From contig CM082594.2 in the NCBI GenBank assembly GCA_040954595.2, positions 6,395,962 to 6,459,961 of the forward strand: DNA of 64,000 nt, read 5' to 3'. Within the stretch, counting starts at the first letter, position 1, and every line of letters begins with the position of its first letter. Below the pieces are notes generated by a model. The model was not told the DNA's origin. It saw only the letters and a list, made by a program, of their open reading frames with translations, and made no database searches. Positions 1 through 15,097 of this stretch are shown in pieces. The position numbers and the translations under genes are program-made. The DNA comes from Balanoglossus misakiensis (lineage: Eukaryota > Animalia > Hemichordata).

Positions 1-3000
1 TGAATGAAAAAAAAAGCCCAGTTGAAATCGGATACACTGTAGCTTGTTAACTCGGCGGTCATTTGAACTCGTTAACAGGCAAACCTGACAAAGGCGTACA
101 GACGAGTCCCCATTTGATTCTGTGCACGCAGACCAGTTGAAATCAAAGGGCCGTGTTGTTACAGCACTTACTAACTCTTATGCATGTCACATTATACCCT
201 CAGGATGGATTGTATTATGGATGTATGACATTGTAAGTCCAGAAGTGGGGAAAAATTCTTTGTGTTTTAATATAGTGCTGATTTTACATGTAAATATAAA
301 GAACTCTGATATTTTCGGTTCATATTCTATATATGTTTGATCTGAGATCTATATATGATTAGTTTGTTTTGATATAAAAAGGCGCAAAGCGGTGAAACAT
401 TTCTCCTTAATGCTTTATTATTTTGCCTGCCTGTCTAGTAAACACATTGCTTCCAATTAATTCTTGGCAATGGCAGTAATTCAATACTTGAGCTTGGCAA
501 ATCTCCATATTGTGCTGAAAGCACTTTGACAGTGGGAGAAGGATGCCTTTGGCCCCGATTCGCAGTGTGGGAATTTTGAAGCGACATGGGTCGGCCTGGT
601 AGCCGGTCATATGCCCAGCACCATTTGTGAGATTTCTGTTCCCTTCTTCATTGAAATCCCCTGCTTGGGTATCTCCCCAGGCAATAAGATTGTAAATTAA
701 AATTCTCAGTCGATGCAAGAAAATGTTTAGTATTACATGTACAATGTACATGTACATGTAAAGATGTAGAGCATTGACCGGCTGGTAATGTGAACTTAAC
801 CCCAAAAAGATTGCATTTGATGCGTCCGTCTCCTTGATATATAAAAAAAGTGCATCAGAATGAAATAAAATTCCACGGCGCAGTACGATTAAACAAAACG
901 ACCACTTCCATTTTAATAGACAGTATACAGTTTTAACTGTTTGTTGGCTGCAGATAGAGAAATGGGTGAACCAGTGACCCTGCAACTAGAAGAGATAATG
1001 TTTTCGGTGACCTTTATGACTTTTATTCATCAGGGACATCAAAGGAAAATTAGATGACAACATGGCATTACGTCTCCGAAGTTAGTGTATTGCATAAAAA
1101 ATCTGAGCGTAATGTATATAGATGTACATGTAGCCTTTGTGAATAACATAGACTTGTCTTGTTTTGTTACCTCGTATCATCTTTCCGTGGATTTTGCTAA
1201 GCTCCCCGTTTCAGTTTTCATACCAGGGTTTATCTTTCTCTATGTTCCGGTTTTATTAAAAATCTTTTTTTCCTGTTATCTCATGAGCCCTACTGTATAT
1301 AGGTAATCTTGAGTTATGCAATTTTTATATGATAACTTGATACGAAGCTAGGGAGCTTTTAACTCACTCATCCTGATTTCCTTTCAAGGAAGTGATTTGT
1401 GTCACATTTGGAAGAAGAAGAAGAAAAATCAAGGTTACGAAGCAAATCTTGTTTTTGAGGGGAGAAAATGTGTTAAGTCCCTGAACAGTCCAGGCCAGCT
1501 GCTCGCAAGTTCGTATGTCCGCACACAAAAGAATAATGTATGATTGATAGATATTTTCCATTACTGTAGCTTTCTCTGCTTTCTTGGGTCTGCAGTTTTC
1601 ACATTTCCTGAAGTTTATGAGGCTGTCGTTCCAAAAGCCAAAGAAACTGGAGTGGTTGAGAAAACAGAAGGGTTTGAAAGCCAAAAGGTACAAACTACCT
1701 GAGTTGACCTCTCCTGAGTGAACTTAGATTTGCAATAGTCTCTGACGAGATCATGACTGCAACTGTTTCAACAACAGAGGGAGCGAAAATGGCCAAATGA
1801 ACCACACATCCTCGCGTGAACTAGCAGTCAATTACATGCATGTTGCTTGTACTTGTGACACTAGTGAGTCTAGTACATGTACAGGGTAGTTGTAGCCAAT
1901 CAGGCTACCCGTGACATTCTAGCACGAAAATACAGCCAGTCAGACTGCTTGTACCAGCAACACTCCCATGTGAAGTTAAAACATGCATTCTGGTACATTT
2001 TATCAGCAAACACTAAAAGATGCGTTCCCATGCACATTGGTTTATTTTCAGAGACAATCTGTTGTACTTTTTGACCAGGGCCAGCCTCCCAGAGCAGTGG
2101 ATAAATTAATGGTGCCCGATTTCTTTATTTTTTGAGCAAATTTATCATCAGCAGAAGAACAGTGGATTATAATCTTTCAACCACAAGCTGTACTTCATTC
2201 ACTAACCAACCATTTATAAGCTCGTAATCTGGCAATTAGGAGATTACAGTCGCTCTAAGTTGTAGATTTATGGAACCGAATGCCATCAGAGAATTCACAA
2301 GTAGGTCAATTATGTTTGATGAATGAGGTCAAAGGTCAAATGTGCAGGGGTGGAGGGGCAAGTGCAAGCTGCGCTACAAAATGGCAAAGTTCAAGTATTG
2401 CTTTCTTGTCTAAGTGTGAATTACGTGTGACCTTGCGGGGATGCGACTGAGTAAGGTAGAATATTATTCGCACGGTGTCCGTCAGTCATTGAAATTTTCG
2501 TGAACTTAAAAATCAGGGATCGTACGGCAGATTCCTGTAATCAGTCTTCAGGGGCCCCAGAACTGCAATAAATTTTTGATCAGCAATCTTTTTTGCCTCG
2601 AAAGTAATCGATTTCAGTGCCAAAATTTGATTTTATGTTGACAGTACAAAAGCCCAGGATCATATACTGATGACGGCTTGCAAAATTGCCTACAGACTGT
2701 TGTTTGATGTTAAAGTGCTGTTATATCGGAGACAGTTGGAAAGTGGACATTTCTGTACAATTTACATGGAATGTCCATTTCGTTCATTAGTTTCAGAATA
2801 TTATTAATGTGTTTTCCTACTACATATGAAAGAGCTGTTAATAAAATCTCATTATCTTGATTAGCTTTTGCCACTTTCTGGGGAGATCAGATTGTGTTAT
2901 TGCATTATGGGTAAAATGTTGACAACGTCCTGTTGTAAGAGTAATGTGTATTTTTTAACTGTGGCTGAAACCTATTTATTGTAGCAAGAATTTTCTGAAG

Positions 3001-6000
3001 TAGAATTCAGGGACTGTTTCATGCAGCCAACAAACTGTTTGGGATTACTACTGTAGGTACTTTGTCCCTGAAATAGAAGTGATAAATTTTTGAGCCCTGT
3101 GGTTGTGTGCTGATCATGTTGTTTTCATGGTTGAGCCAGTTCTTTTTTTGAGAGACTTGGAGGAGATTACAATAAAAACGAATGCGTGTTAACAACCGGC
3201 ACTACAAGCTTACACTGGACGATTCCTTCAGTATGCATTTAATTCAGTTGGTGCAAGAGGAGAGCATGTCTGGAAGATATGATTTTGAAGAGTTATTTTT
3301 TGCCACTCCTGGATAAAATTTTGGAGATATCCAAAATTTTCAAAAATCTTCCTGAAGTCAACATCAAATGCTAGTCATGGGCTCAAGTTGAGTTTCTGAG
3401 CAGGAAGGCCTAGGGGAATGACCAACAGAACTGTCGGACATCAAACACCAAACATCGCACAAAGAGCATTTTTGGCATCACGACTTGCGGATAGAATTCA
3501 AGTGTATACAAATACGAAAACTGAACTTCGAACTAGCGATGTAATGGTTTACTCCAGATAAGGACAACCCCTTTTACGTGTTGTTCGTCCACTTTTCGGT
3601 GGAGCGATATCTAAGTCTCTTGTCGATACACGTCTACCATAAAAAGGCACTGATGTTCCGCCGGTGATAAGGTTGCAATATTGGAGTTCTTTTCTCGCTA
3701 TCTCCCATGTAAACTTTTCATGTACAGAGATTCCCCTATCTATTATCAGGGATTCTGGTGACTTGAAATGCCATTCCTGAGAGATTGAGAGGAACTTGAG
3801 TACTCAAAGGAGAAATGTCTCCTTCAGTCCTCTAAATGCCATTGCAAATGGTCTGGAAAGATCGATTATTTTTCAGGAATGGACATAAAAAAAATGTTTA
3901 TGTACCATCACAAATGATTGATAAGATTTTTTTCCACAACATATAATGGAAATTACCGTCATTAAGGCAGCCAGTGCAAATGATGTTTTGATTCGGTTTT
4001 TTTATGCAGTGTGCTATAAAGCATACTTTAAGGATGGCTGTAGTGAATCCAGATTCCATTAGTGTCCCATTTATCTGTTGGGTGATTTTCAGTCTTTTGC
4101 TTTCATTCGAAACGCCCGTGAGCTGCAACTCTGTGTGTTATCCATTGACTTCAAAACATCTTCCAATTTTCTCAAACATTTTTGGATTTTTACCAGTTAA
4201 ACAATATGTTTTAACAATATTCACAAAAGAAATGCAACAGTTTCAGTTCATTTGGAATGAGAATACAGTTTTAAGGAACTATCATCCATCTTGACGTAAA
4301 TTCTGATGTATTGAAAAAATTCTATTTTCTGCCCTGTGTAGCATTACCCTGATAATCTGTCTAATGTGCGACTCCTTTAAAATGTTGCTCATTATCTGTG
4401 CACGTCGTGAGCCTTTCAAATGTTACTCCTTGATGGATAAACCATTTGATTACTGCGGCGGTAGTTGATAGGTTTTTGTGTGGCAAACAAACTTCCTTTT
4501 TGGCAAACTGCAATTTGTCGTAGACCCCTTTTAAGTACTAGATCTCCGTAATGGCAAATTGTGGGTCATTTGCGAGCTCGGGTCTGTGTATGGACATTAG
4601 AGGGGGGGGGGGGGGGAGAAAGCCATGCACAACTTGACTGTCATCAGTAAATGGCCTGCGTTATCAGGAGCATTGTATTGATGCAGACTTTTCCCCGAAT
4701 ACACAGGACAAAAAAGGGATCACGTATTCTCAGAGATGCTTTTCTGATTAGCGACGATTATATCAGTGAAGCGGTTATCGTACAAATAGTCTTTCCAATT
4801 GTCCTCCCCGTGATTAGAGAAACTTCACTTTTGTTTAGTCTCTTACATGCATGAAAAGAATGTCCGTGGTCAGACCTTGGGAAAGAGCTGCTGTCCATCG
4901 GATGCGAGCATCACGAAAGTTCAAAGAAGACGAACATATTAGATAGGCATTTTACTTTTCTTTTATCATGAAAATTATGCAGTGATTTCCCCAGTGGGCT
5001 ACCAGTACATTCACTCTGATTAGCCCAGAGCGAAGATGTGGGCGTTTTGTGGTATAGGTTTACCTGACAAGATTTTATGTCATAATCTGATTATGAAAGT
5101 CAGATTTACACAGATGGATCGTTGCCTGACCAAGCAGATGAGCATCTTGGGTAAATCACATGTCCTGAATGCACTCAGCATATTTTTTTCCTGCTCTTTA
5201 GGATCTGAGATGTTGGTAAACAAATATCTAGGCAGAAAAAAACAAATGCATTTCAGAGACTTGAACAGCAGACATGCATGTTGTAAAAGTGATGACGCCG
5301 ACTGAGTTTTATCTCACTATTTTATACGTTTGCACTCTGACAAATGTCTGGAGATACATTCTAATGCATGCCACATTGCGATAAGACTTTGAATGCAAAG
5401 TTTTGTGGCCTTCGCTGGCGACTGGTTGTTTATCTGTACTCCCCAGTACAAATTGGACAAAAATGATTCAGTTTCTTGTTGGCGGCGGTAAATTGGATCT
5501 TGGAATTACAGACGTGTGACATACTGGAGTATCTCGATAGGAAGATATGATTATATTCTGAATCGCTGTAGGCAGCCTATAAAATGACAATGCGTGGAGA
5601 AAATAAGAGAGGATGGTTTAATAATCTGTCAGCCTCCATAAAAGATGAAATATGTATTCTGAAGAATAATGTGACAATTGACATTTACTTTTCAGCTTCA
5701 TCATCAAGTTCATGGGTTTAGCAATTTCGGAGTGTGCATAATTTGTAATTCTTGGCTTCTTTTCGTTTCGGTTAGTCTCACCATCTCTATTCTGCAACAT
5801 GTGAATCTTTTTTGTTGGAGTGATGATATATGGCCATTGTGATCATAAATTCTTATTTTTCAAAAAAATATGGAAAAATATATTGCCAAAAGTTTTTTCC
5901 CCTTGTAAGTTTTATGGGATTGGTATTAGCTTAAGGCTACTGTATTTGCAGTACTATATTTACTGAACGCAGATGATGCCATGAAAACAAGCTCGGCAGT

Positions 6001-9000
6001 AAAAAGTATGAAAAAAGACAGAGAGCATACAAATCGTTGGTGTTTCCTATTAGGCATGGAGAGGGGAAAAACTGACACTCTAAAAGGGACGACTTACTAA
6101 TATTGTCGGTTTTTAAACTTTTCTCACTCAGAAAAGCTGTTTTGTATAGTTTTGATGGTGTGAAATGTTACCCATTTTCTGCATCACATGAAACGTTATC
6201 TTTTTGACCGAAAGCAATTCTATTCATGATAAAATTCTTTGGTTCCACAGAATTCACAGCTTCGTGTTTGTCATACTGTCAGAAATAATGCGTGCTTTGC
6301 CCATAGAAATTCAGATGACAGTTTGAGTAAATGAAATCATGTTGCAGACTCTGTTTTGGTGGCCATCTTTGTGAAATTAGCATGCTAGACAATGCTGCTA
6401 CCGGCTAGGCCATATTTTTGGTTGAAAATTTGTTAGTCACGATCGCACAGAGAAGCTGCCATGGAATTTGAGTGATTAGAAACAGCTTGAGAACTCTGAA
6501 CTAGTAGTCAATTTGTTCCAATGTTTCAGGTCAAAAAATGTGTGCAAAAACAAAATAAAATATGATTACATTGAGTAACTTTGGCAAAGTCTTACGCAGG
6601 AACGTTTATTCTGCATTATCTGTGGCTTAGAAACAGAGTTTAATCAAAAATGCAGCACTATAATTTTCCAGAAAAACGAAGTAGGCTGGAGCGTTCTATT
6701 CACAAAAGGGGAGGTCAAGGTGCGAGGGGGGAATGGAGAAATGTAAGAGTATCTCAGATCAAGCTGTGATATGCCGTTAACATAGAGTCAGTAAATCTTT
6801 TGAAAATCAGTTAATTATACTTGGTGATGGTTACCCTCATCAAAAAATAAAACATGATTCCCCATGGCCACTTAACCTTGATGTTGATTGGCTCCTCCTG
6901 GGTGCATATATTATGTGGCTATGAAATCTACCATTTAAAAATCATGCAAAAACACTGTTTCAATTACACACAGTCCAACCACCCCTCTCTTTAAGAGCAA
7001 ATTTCATCATGACAGCCATGGGCAGGGATGTGCAAGTTTTGAAATTTAATTTTTTAGAGGGATTCCAGAGAACTCGCGCAATCAGAACGGGATTTTATAT
7101 CCGCATCGCTTTGAATACAGAATAATGGGGATCGCTGTCTGTGAAAGTAGCCAGTGGGCCACCCATTGGGGGCTGACTTCATGATCAGAACTTGTTACCA
7201 TAGTAAAATATCATTCAGCAAGTAATTATTGATGCCTGGTAGTTCACTTTCATCAATATCTACGATTGCCGCTGCGTCACGTTTGAAAATGCTCAAGGTC
7301 ACTAGTTCATGGATGTGTATTGGTCACGCAATGGAAGTTATACAGTGAAATAATTGGTTTATATTTTTGTCAGATTTATTCAGGGGTTGTCATTGATTAA
7401 TGTGCAAATAAGAGTCTTAATATATTGTCACCACAGTGAGTTTGTCCTATATATGTACAACAGTATCCAGAAAGAAACAAGCCTTACTGAAATTATTGGC
7501 AGTTAATATTTTTTGACTCAATAATCAATAAATTTGTCCCTGCATAATTTTCACAATATTCTATGGTATTGCTCCAGTACATCCCTGGGGGGTCTCATAA
7601 TCAAATTTATCAATGCGAACAAATCGATCATCAAAATCCATAGTCCATAGGGGTCTTATCAAGCAGAGGAATAAATGGAATGGATGCAGTGTAGAGCTGA
7701 TTCAGAGAAATTCCCCCATTCAAGTGATTCTTGGCAAACTTTCTCTAAATGATGCTGATTGGATGACACGCGAAGGCTGCCATCTTGGATCAGTCATGTG
7801 ACATTCATGCAAATGCATGCAGTGTTGCACAGTGCATATGGTCAGAAGTTATTACGGTACATGTAGCAGGAATAAAAGAATATGGTATTTTCACAACTTG
7901 GTGAAACAATCTACAGATATTCCTGAAAAGTGAAAGTTTTCATTTGAATTGTGCAAATTCAGCAAAGGTCTCCTTTAGAGTTTTCAAACCATTTATGGTT
8001 TGGTCGCCGCTCGAATCAGAGCTCTGATGCTATCACCCCTCATTTCATATGGAATAACCTGACCAATCGGCTTATGTAGGTCAGAGAAGGACTATGTTGG
8101 GGGGAGCCGTCGTCATCTCACTTTTGTTCAACAAAGTTTTTCCAAGAGCTGTGTCAGAGCATTCCAAAAGCTTTTGTGGGTATTTTTCCACAATGTAATG
8201 GTGACAGGGAATGGCCACAAATGGTTTTCTGAAATCCCTGAAGCATGGCTGATGCAGTGGTATTTTAAGCAGCTGTTCAATATTCCTAGTCAAGCGCTCA
8301 AGCGATTTTGGCAATTATAGTCAATTAAGAAATCCGGCATGTCGTGCTGCCGTAATGGCCGTATTCCAAACTGTGGTACCTGGGACACAGGTGCGAGCAG
8401 AAAGTCTTGTCGTCTGCTTCTGAAATAATAACAATTCTCGGAAGCGAACTGCTCTTTTCTCAGTTACAGCACGAATCGATTATAAATGGTGTTTCAGTTC
8501 AAAATTGGACACAGATGGGAAAAATTGATGATTTTTTTTTTATGTGCGAAGCAAGAAGAATGTGCCTTGAAAATTGTGGCTTAATAGCGAAAAGAAAACT
8601 CCTTATCATTGGGCCCATCCCATTTAGATGTATAATCATCCTTGGTCTGTTTGTATGGACTATTATGTTGCTTACATGGGCTTTTCTGTGGCAGGGCATT
8701 AATCCAATTAATGGACTATGGAGATTTCAAGTGCTTTCCTCCCAGAGTTGAATAAATGTTGACTTCAGAGCTGACAGAATGGCCTGCGGACAGACGAAAG
8801 TTGATCATGAGCACGACTCGTATGTGGCAATATGCTGAATAAACTAAATAAAAAAAATCTTTGAATTCTGCCTATTTATGAAAAAGAACGCTATCAAAAC
8901 ATTTTTCCACAGCTAGAAGCACGTTCATAATTTTTCTGAATATTGTGTTTTTTTCATGTGAAATTAAACCTTTCAGGTTTAAAGAAACTTGATGCCCATC

Positions 9001-10389
9001 CTTTTAACTGATTCAACTATCTTGTAAACTGCCAAAATGCCCTAAGGGAAAAAAATCTGAAAGTGTGTAGTTGTAAATATCGCTGATCGAGTTCTAAGGA
9101 ATAACAAGGGATTGTACATTTGTCAGTAACTTGCAAAAAAACCCACATTTAAACTATTCCAAAAGCACCATCAGCTGCCATGACTACCAAGGGCGAAAAA
9201 GCTGCCAATTTTTTAAAGACACACAATAAACTATTATGCAGTGTCCTTAAGCTTTTCCATGTTATGTTGAAACCTGATAGGGTTGCATTTATCTGTACTG
9301 TTTCTGAAGTATACGTTGATGGTAAACATGCCATACAACAAAATGAGCAAATGTCAAATTATATTTACGTTTGGTTGCTATTTTCAATGGATATTATGCC
9401 TGTGTATAAAATCTCTCAGTCTTGTGAGAGCTGCCATCGTCACTGGTGATTTCTGCAGAACTGTACTGTAAAAATCTGTATCAGATTACACCTATCATTA
9501 TCATACTGTAATGTACAGATCAGAAGTAAACTTCCCACTATGTCAGGTCTGGGATACCCTGTGGTCAGCACAGGGTTAGCAGAGTTAGCACCTTATTGTC
9601 TCACCTCATTAGCGTATTCACAACTCATTATCATAGACAATAGCATAGACTACCTCAAGCTACACAAATAAAGGCACAAACAGTACTGGCAATTGTCCAA
9701 CACTGGGTTAGCCTATGGTTAGCCCAGTGCTAGCTAATCAGAAAAAACAAACGTTTTGTTCGCAAAAATTAAAGTTTGTTATAACTTCTAGCAAAGTGTT
9801 CTCTGGTCCGAAACGCATTGGTTGTTTACATCTCTCTACAACTATTTAGGAGAGCCTAAAGCTATTCACAGTTTAAAAGTTCATGTAAATCAGCTTTGTG
9901 TTTTTTAACACAAAGTAGACTTTGCCAGAAGTCAAAATAACGACCAGAGTAATGTACATCATGATTTGATTGATATATTGATTAATGATTTTATTGATTC
10001 ACTCACTTATTGCAAGGCACTTTATTTTGCATTTCAGAACGTTACTCTACAAATGTTTTTTTTTTACCACAAGAAAGTCTTGCTACTTGATATCAATAAT
10101 TAACTAAAGCGTTTTGATTGTGTAGTACATGACCACCCGTCTTCTAAATACATCTGTTTTTTCGAGAGCAACAAAGAAATTTCATGTCACGGTTGATTTG
10201 ACAAATGCAGCGCTGTCGTAAATGTCATTTAAAGTCGGGCCAGTTTGCCGCACACAGGAAATTAGCGGCTGCTGTCGCTTGTGTTTGGGCAGTCGCTGTA
10301 GTTACCATGTCTCCAGAAGTTCTGGTCTCCATGTCGTTAGGAGTCGAGCGAGCCATTATGGGAGTAAATAATTAATAATAGAGCAAAAA

Positions 10390-10664
10390 AAAGCGATTGG
10401 CGAGCTGATGTACATGCGGATAGCCATTATCACGTCAGGAAGCCAACCAGTGTGGGAAAGAATCTCGAGCAGCGCGACGCGACGTCCACTCGCATATATT
10501 CCTCCGTCACTGACAGCAGCGTTTTTCGAGGCAACGGACCATCAACACACCCCATTGACATCTCTCTCCCTTCTTTCCAGGTTTTCGGACAAAGATTCAA
10601 TCTCCCCGTTCCCATCCATTCTCCAAGCGGCAACAGATTTAGCATTTTTCAAAGCTTTCTTCAG
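10390..10664 (+). promoter_or_regulatory. Candidate PCBP promoter and non-coding 5' exon
   Basis: Locally CpG-rich; ATTGG at 10396, TCACGTCA at 10430, CATATATT near 10493, then a consensus donor CAG|GTAAGT at 10664. An acceptor-like ttctttccag at 10580 would alternatively define an 84-nt internal exon. Confidence 0.55.
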
Positions 10665-13600
10665 GTAAGTTGTTATTTTTATCGTAGGCAAACCGTGTAT
10701 TAGAATGCCCAGATTTTTTTTAATCTGTGGCGATCTTCAGAAGTCTTGATAAGAAGGAACTTCTTGTGACCTGTGTATTTTTTCCAAGTCATCTAGTTTT
10801 TCGTCGACAAGAAACTTTTTCCAAGTTAAATGAGTGTGGACGGATGTTTGAGAGTGCCACATACGATAGCCACACTCTGTGTCTTGTGTTTGATTAAAAT
10901 ATCATCGCATGATCAGAATTTTTAGCCCCTTCTTTACAATTTATGTCACCACTGGAGTATGTCTTTTCATTTGAAGAGAGACATGAATGCAAAGTAATAA
11001 TTGAGCCCAACACTTAGAGTTTTTATATTTGAAATTCTGATATTTCTCAGCAACGTCGATATCTCCAGTTCATAAATCTTTCACAACTGTGGTGGGAGAC
11101 TGGGAATTTGAAGGACATTGTGGAATGCACATCTTGTACTCTGGGGTCAGAGTTCATGAACTCTGACCTCACTGGGGTATCAATGCCAAGATGATGATAA
11201 AGGTGATGGAACTGGTATTTGTTGGTGATCCCTTGTCAATCATTCACAGTGTTGTGAGTGGGTCGGTCATTAACTGCTGACTGTGAATGTGACACATGCA
11301 GCCTTACAAGTGCTCTGCTAATTAAAGTCAGGAGGTATCCCCTGGAGGGAATGGGGTCAAAGGTCACAGGGAAGTCCAGTAATGAATGAACAAGGAATGG
11401 CAATTAGCAAATCATTCAAAAAGGAGCTTAAAAAATTTGCATTTTTGTGTGCCTGCCGTTTGTTCTGTGGTACAGATTTCACCTTGACCTTGACCGCTTT
11501 CTCTTAAATCTCTTCTGCCTTGCGCATATATTTGCCGCTGGGATGTGATTGAAACTGCGAATTAAACCGGCGCTAATCTCGCCAATGTTAGCATTGTGGA
11601 ACAGCTTGTCATTATATCAATATGCCAGCAGTAGAACTGGTTCACATAAAATAAAATTTCTAGTTCCACGTCAGCAGTTTAGTAAATACACGATTTGTAT
11701 CTGTGTATAGCCGCGATGCCAGCTCATCACAGACCGATATAAGTAAAAATCCTATATTCTCTCGGTGTGAAAATAATGATAATCGTATTCTCAGTAGTTT
11801 TAATCAGGTCAGGTGTTAACTCTTATTTTTGTTGAATCAGGCTTCAGACACGGTGACCGGGGAAACATGAGAATTTGAGAAAGAACTAAACATTTCATGG
11901 TCAAGTGCCCCCAGGGTGTGTATGTGTTTTGGTCTTGACCTAAATTTCAGACGGTGTGGGGCTTGGATGGTTGTTGTTATGTCACAAAATCTGATAAAAT
12001 GTTACTTGGAGGTTTGATTAGTATCACAATCAGATTACAAGGATATGTTTTTGCTGTGGTGGTTTGTTTGATATTTCATATAGAGTTTTTACCTTGACCT
12101 GTCATATAGGTAAGCTATCAGTTCCGGTTATTTTCTACAGGACAGCAAACCTGTCCGAGAAATTCTGATCCATGATTTTGGAGTTCAACTTGCTGACACC
12201 CAGTTCAATAACAAGTTTCGATGATTTGGTATTGATATGTAAACTCTACAGAAAGATATCACTTTTAAATTCATCACTGGCTCTGGCTGTCAATTTGATA
12301 AGCTAAATGTTTACATGTTGTGCGGCAGATTTTGAAGAAGAAAAAAAACATCACCGCAAGGTATGCTATTAAACAAAAGAGTTGAAAGTAACTGGAATAT
12401 ACACAGTTCGCACATCCCCCAGGCAATATTGCCTCTGACGTCAAAATATCACATTTCTGTTATGATATTGAAACATATGGTTTAAGTACAACGGGATACA
12501 GTATGCATTACTTTAAAATGTATTTACAAGGCTTTGTAAAACTATATTCCTCTGATGTACCTGACTCTGATTGACAAATGCTCAGGCTGGCAGATTTCAG
12601 ACTTTGATAGAGAGAGAGGGATCGTTGGAAGAAAAATGGGATGTAGAGGGTCATTAGGGAGATAGCCGTGATGGATGGTATCGGCTCTGGTTCTAATGGG
12701 CCAGTCTCGCTAATGATGTCCATATCTTGATATCGGGAGCGGAAACTCCGGGAGAAACCTTCGACATATGAAAATTGAAAAGTGGCCTAATCCACTGTAA
12801 TCTGTTAATGGGAGAATTGCGCTGAGCGTTGGCCGATACCCACCACCCACCCCCGGTGAGATAATGGGATAGTCCGTTTGATGAGAGAATCGTGAGAATG
12901 GCAGATTTGCTCGCGTTGGCAGCTTTCCATCGTTTTTGTCTGAAGAAAAATGAAATTATCATTCACTTTTTACATAGCAAGCAACAGAAAAATTCTTTGT
13001 TTTACCTCACTATAATGTCATTGGCAGTGGATTTTTTTTTTCTGAACCATCTCTTTAAAATATTCTCGGAAAAACGCTCCCCACCCCTATGCAATAGTGG
13101 TGAGTGCCGCGTGTGTTCCGTGCGGAGGTTGGATTGTGGCCATCTGATTTTTTCCCAATTTGATCAGAATACCTGGGAAGCCGCAGTACTTTCATCACAC
13201 ACATGTCGTCGACTCTGCACGACCCAATCACCACGGCAAATTGCTTTAATTAGGGCTCTTCAGAGATTCGTCCGACACAGTTCGACTCCCAGCGGGGATA
13301 GGGCTGAACAAATCAGAGGTATTGTACCTTGTTAAAATGATCTCACAATTTCTCTTCTCTCTGTAATTCACATCATTATTAACCCTAACAGCCGGTTTTC
13401 GTTTTTTTGTCGAAAATTTTCAAAATGTGAAGGAACATTTCTTTGGCACACAGGTTGAAATTTGCATGTACAGATAGCCGTATTTTTTGCTTTTTATTGG
13501 GTGCAGTTGATACGTATTGTTTATTGAAACGTAGTGATTCTTAAAACCATGTGTTACATTATCAGCGAGTGCGTCATCGGGCCTTCTCTGCTGTTGACGT

Positions 13601-15097
13601 AGCAACTCAAAACGTCCCCTGATAACGTTGAGTATGCAAATGTACACTGTGATAGGCTGTGCAGAAACGTAAGAGAAAACAGCTAATCAGAGAAAAAAAG
13701 AATTATGACACACTTTCCGAGATATTTTTTTTTTCTGTCAAAACCTGAAACATAAAAACGCACTTTCACGGTCGGTGACATTTCACAGCGGGTTAAAAGT
13801 GTCCGTTGCTTTTTACGGCGCACCAGGCTCAGCTGCGCGTATCAGACATCAGGCTGTAGAAATTTTTTTTTCCGCCTCGCTGGAGTCTCAGCCTCAGTTG
13901 CCATGACAAAGGAGTAGTGTCACAAGAGCTTCCAATCATAATTATTTTGACATTTGCCGTGTGACACAGTATGGTTCCAACAAAAGCGAGTGTTATGAAA
14001 CAGGGTTGGCTCGTTTATTTGAAATATTGCAAATTATCCGCAATCCACTGGTTTACTTCTCTGCCCAAGGTTAACTGGAACCAATTCTCTGAATTGGTTG
14101 ATGTCAGGTATGGAAGTCATTTTTCCCGATGATGATGATGATATTACAGCATTCAGCCTTCAGAGTACATTGCTTCCATTTATCCCATTAGCCGAGTGGC
14201 ATCTGCAACGCGCATCACCCAACACCCATTGAAAATCAGACCTTCCCTAAGCAGACCCTCACAAATCATAGCCAGACATCCAAAGCAGTTATTGATTCGT
14301 GACGGAAAAAGTGCCGGCATTGATTTTTTGTCATCTCTCGTGAACAATCCAGAGCTCAAAAGAATGCCGGCGCATTATTTCAAGAGAATACAAGAAATTA
14401 CATGGAAACACAGTACATGGAAATATGAAGTGGCTAGTGTCTGTGACCAGCCTAATAAATCACCAGAGGAGATGATAGTCGAAGAAAACATTTGTACACA
14501 GTTATATTTTACTGACAAGAGACACTCATTCTTTTTTTTAAATCTCACTGGCCAACAAGATGGTTGTGATATTGCAATGCGCTGCGACATGGAATTGTAA
14601 ACTGCTGGCCCTGTCATTCGTGTTGGCCCTGATTTATTTCCCTGTATTCGGCTACTGACTGTGAGTTATCCCTCTCATCGCGAAACCCTAAGCACATGTA
14701 ACAGTTCCAGCGCAGGAGTTGCATCTCAGGCTTAACCTCCGACCTGCCTATCAAAGTTTTCAATTACCGTCAAATGCAACCGTAGCCTATTTTAGACACA
14801 GGCGTGTATCTCGGTGGTTTTTTCGTCCCGCAGTTATTGTAAGAGAGCAAGTTTCTCAGCTGGTTCATCCGGAACTCGTTTGCCGACTTTATTAAGTTTT
14901 CAGCCGGCGTAAACCGTGCTTGCAGTGTAATTACTCAAGTGTGACTACTTCTGGTTGGTACATGTGTTTCCATGATGGGCTACTGTGTGCTGTTGGTGCC
15001 TGCAGAGATTTAGGCCTGAGAGATTTGTCCTATCATGTTGAAGCGGTCATCATGCAATTAGAAAACAGGACAATGCCAAGTCAAAGATGAGGACTTA

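Noticed and set aside
407-985. 192-aa minus-strand ORF
   Set aside because: Non-ATG start, no recognisable domain, runs through a TACATG simple repeat; composition looks non-coding.
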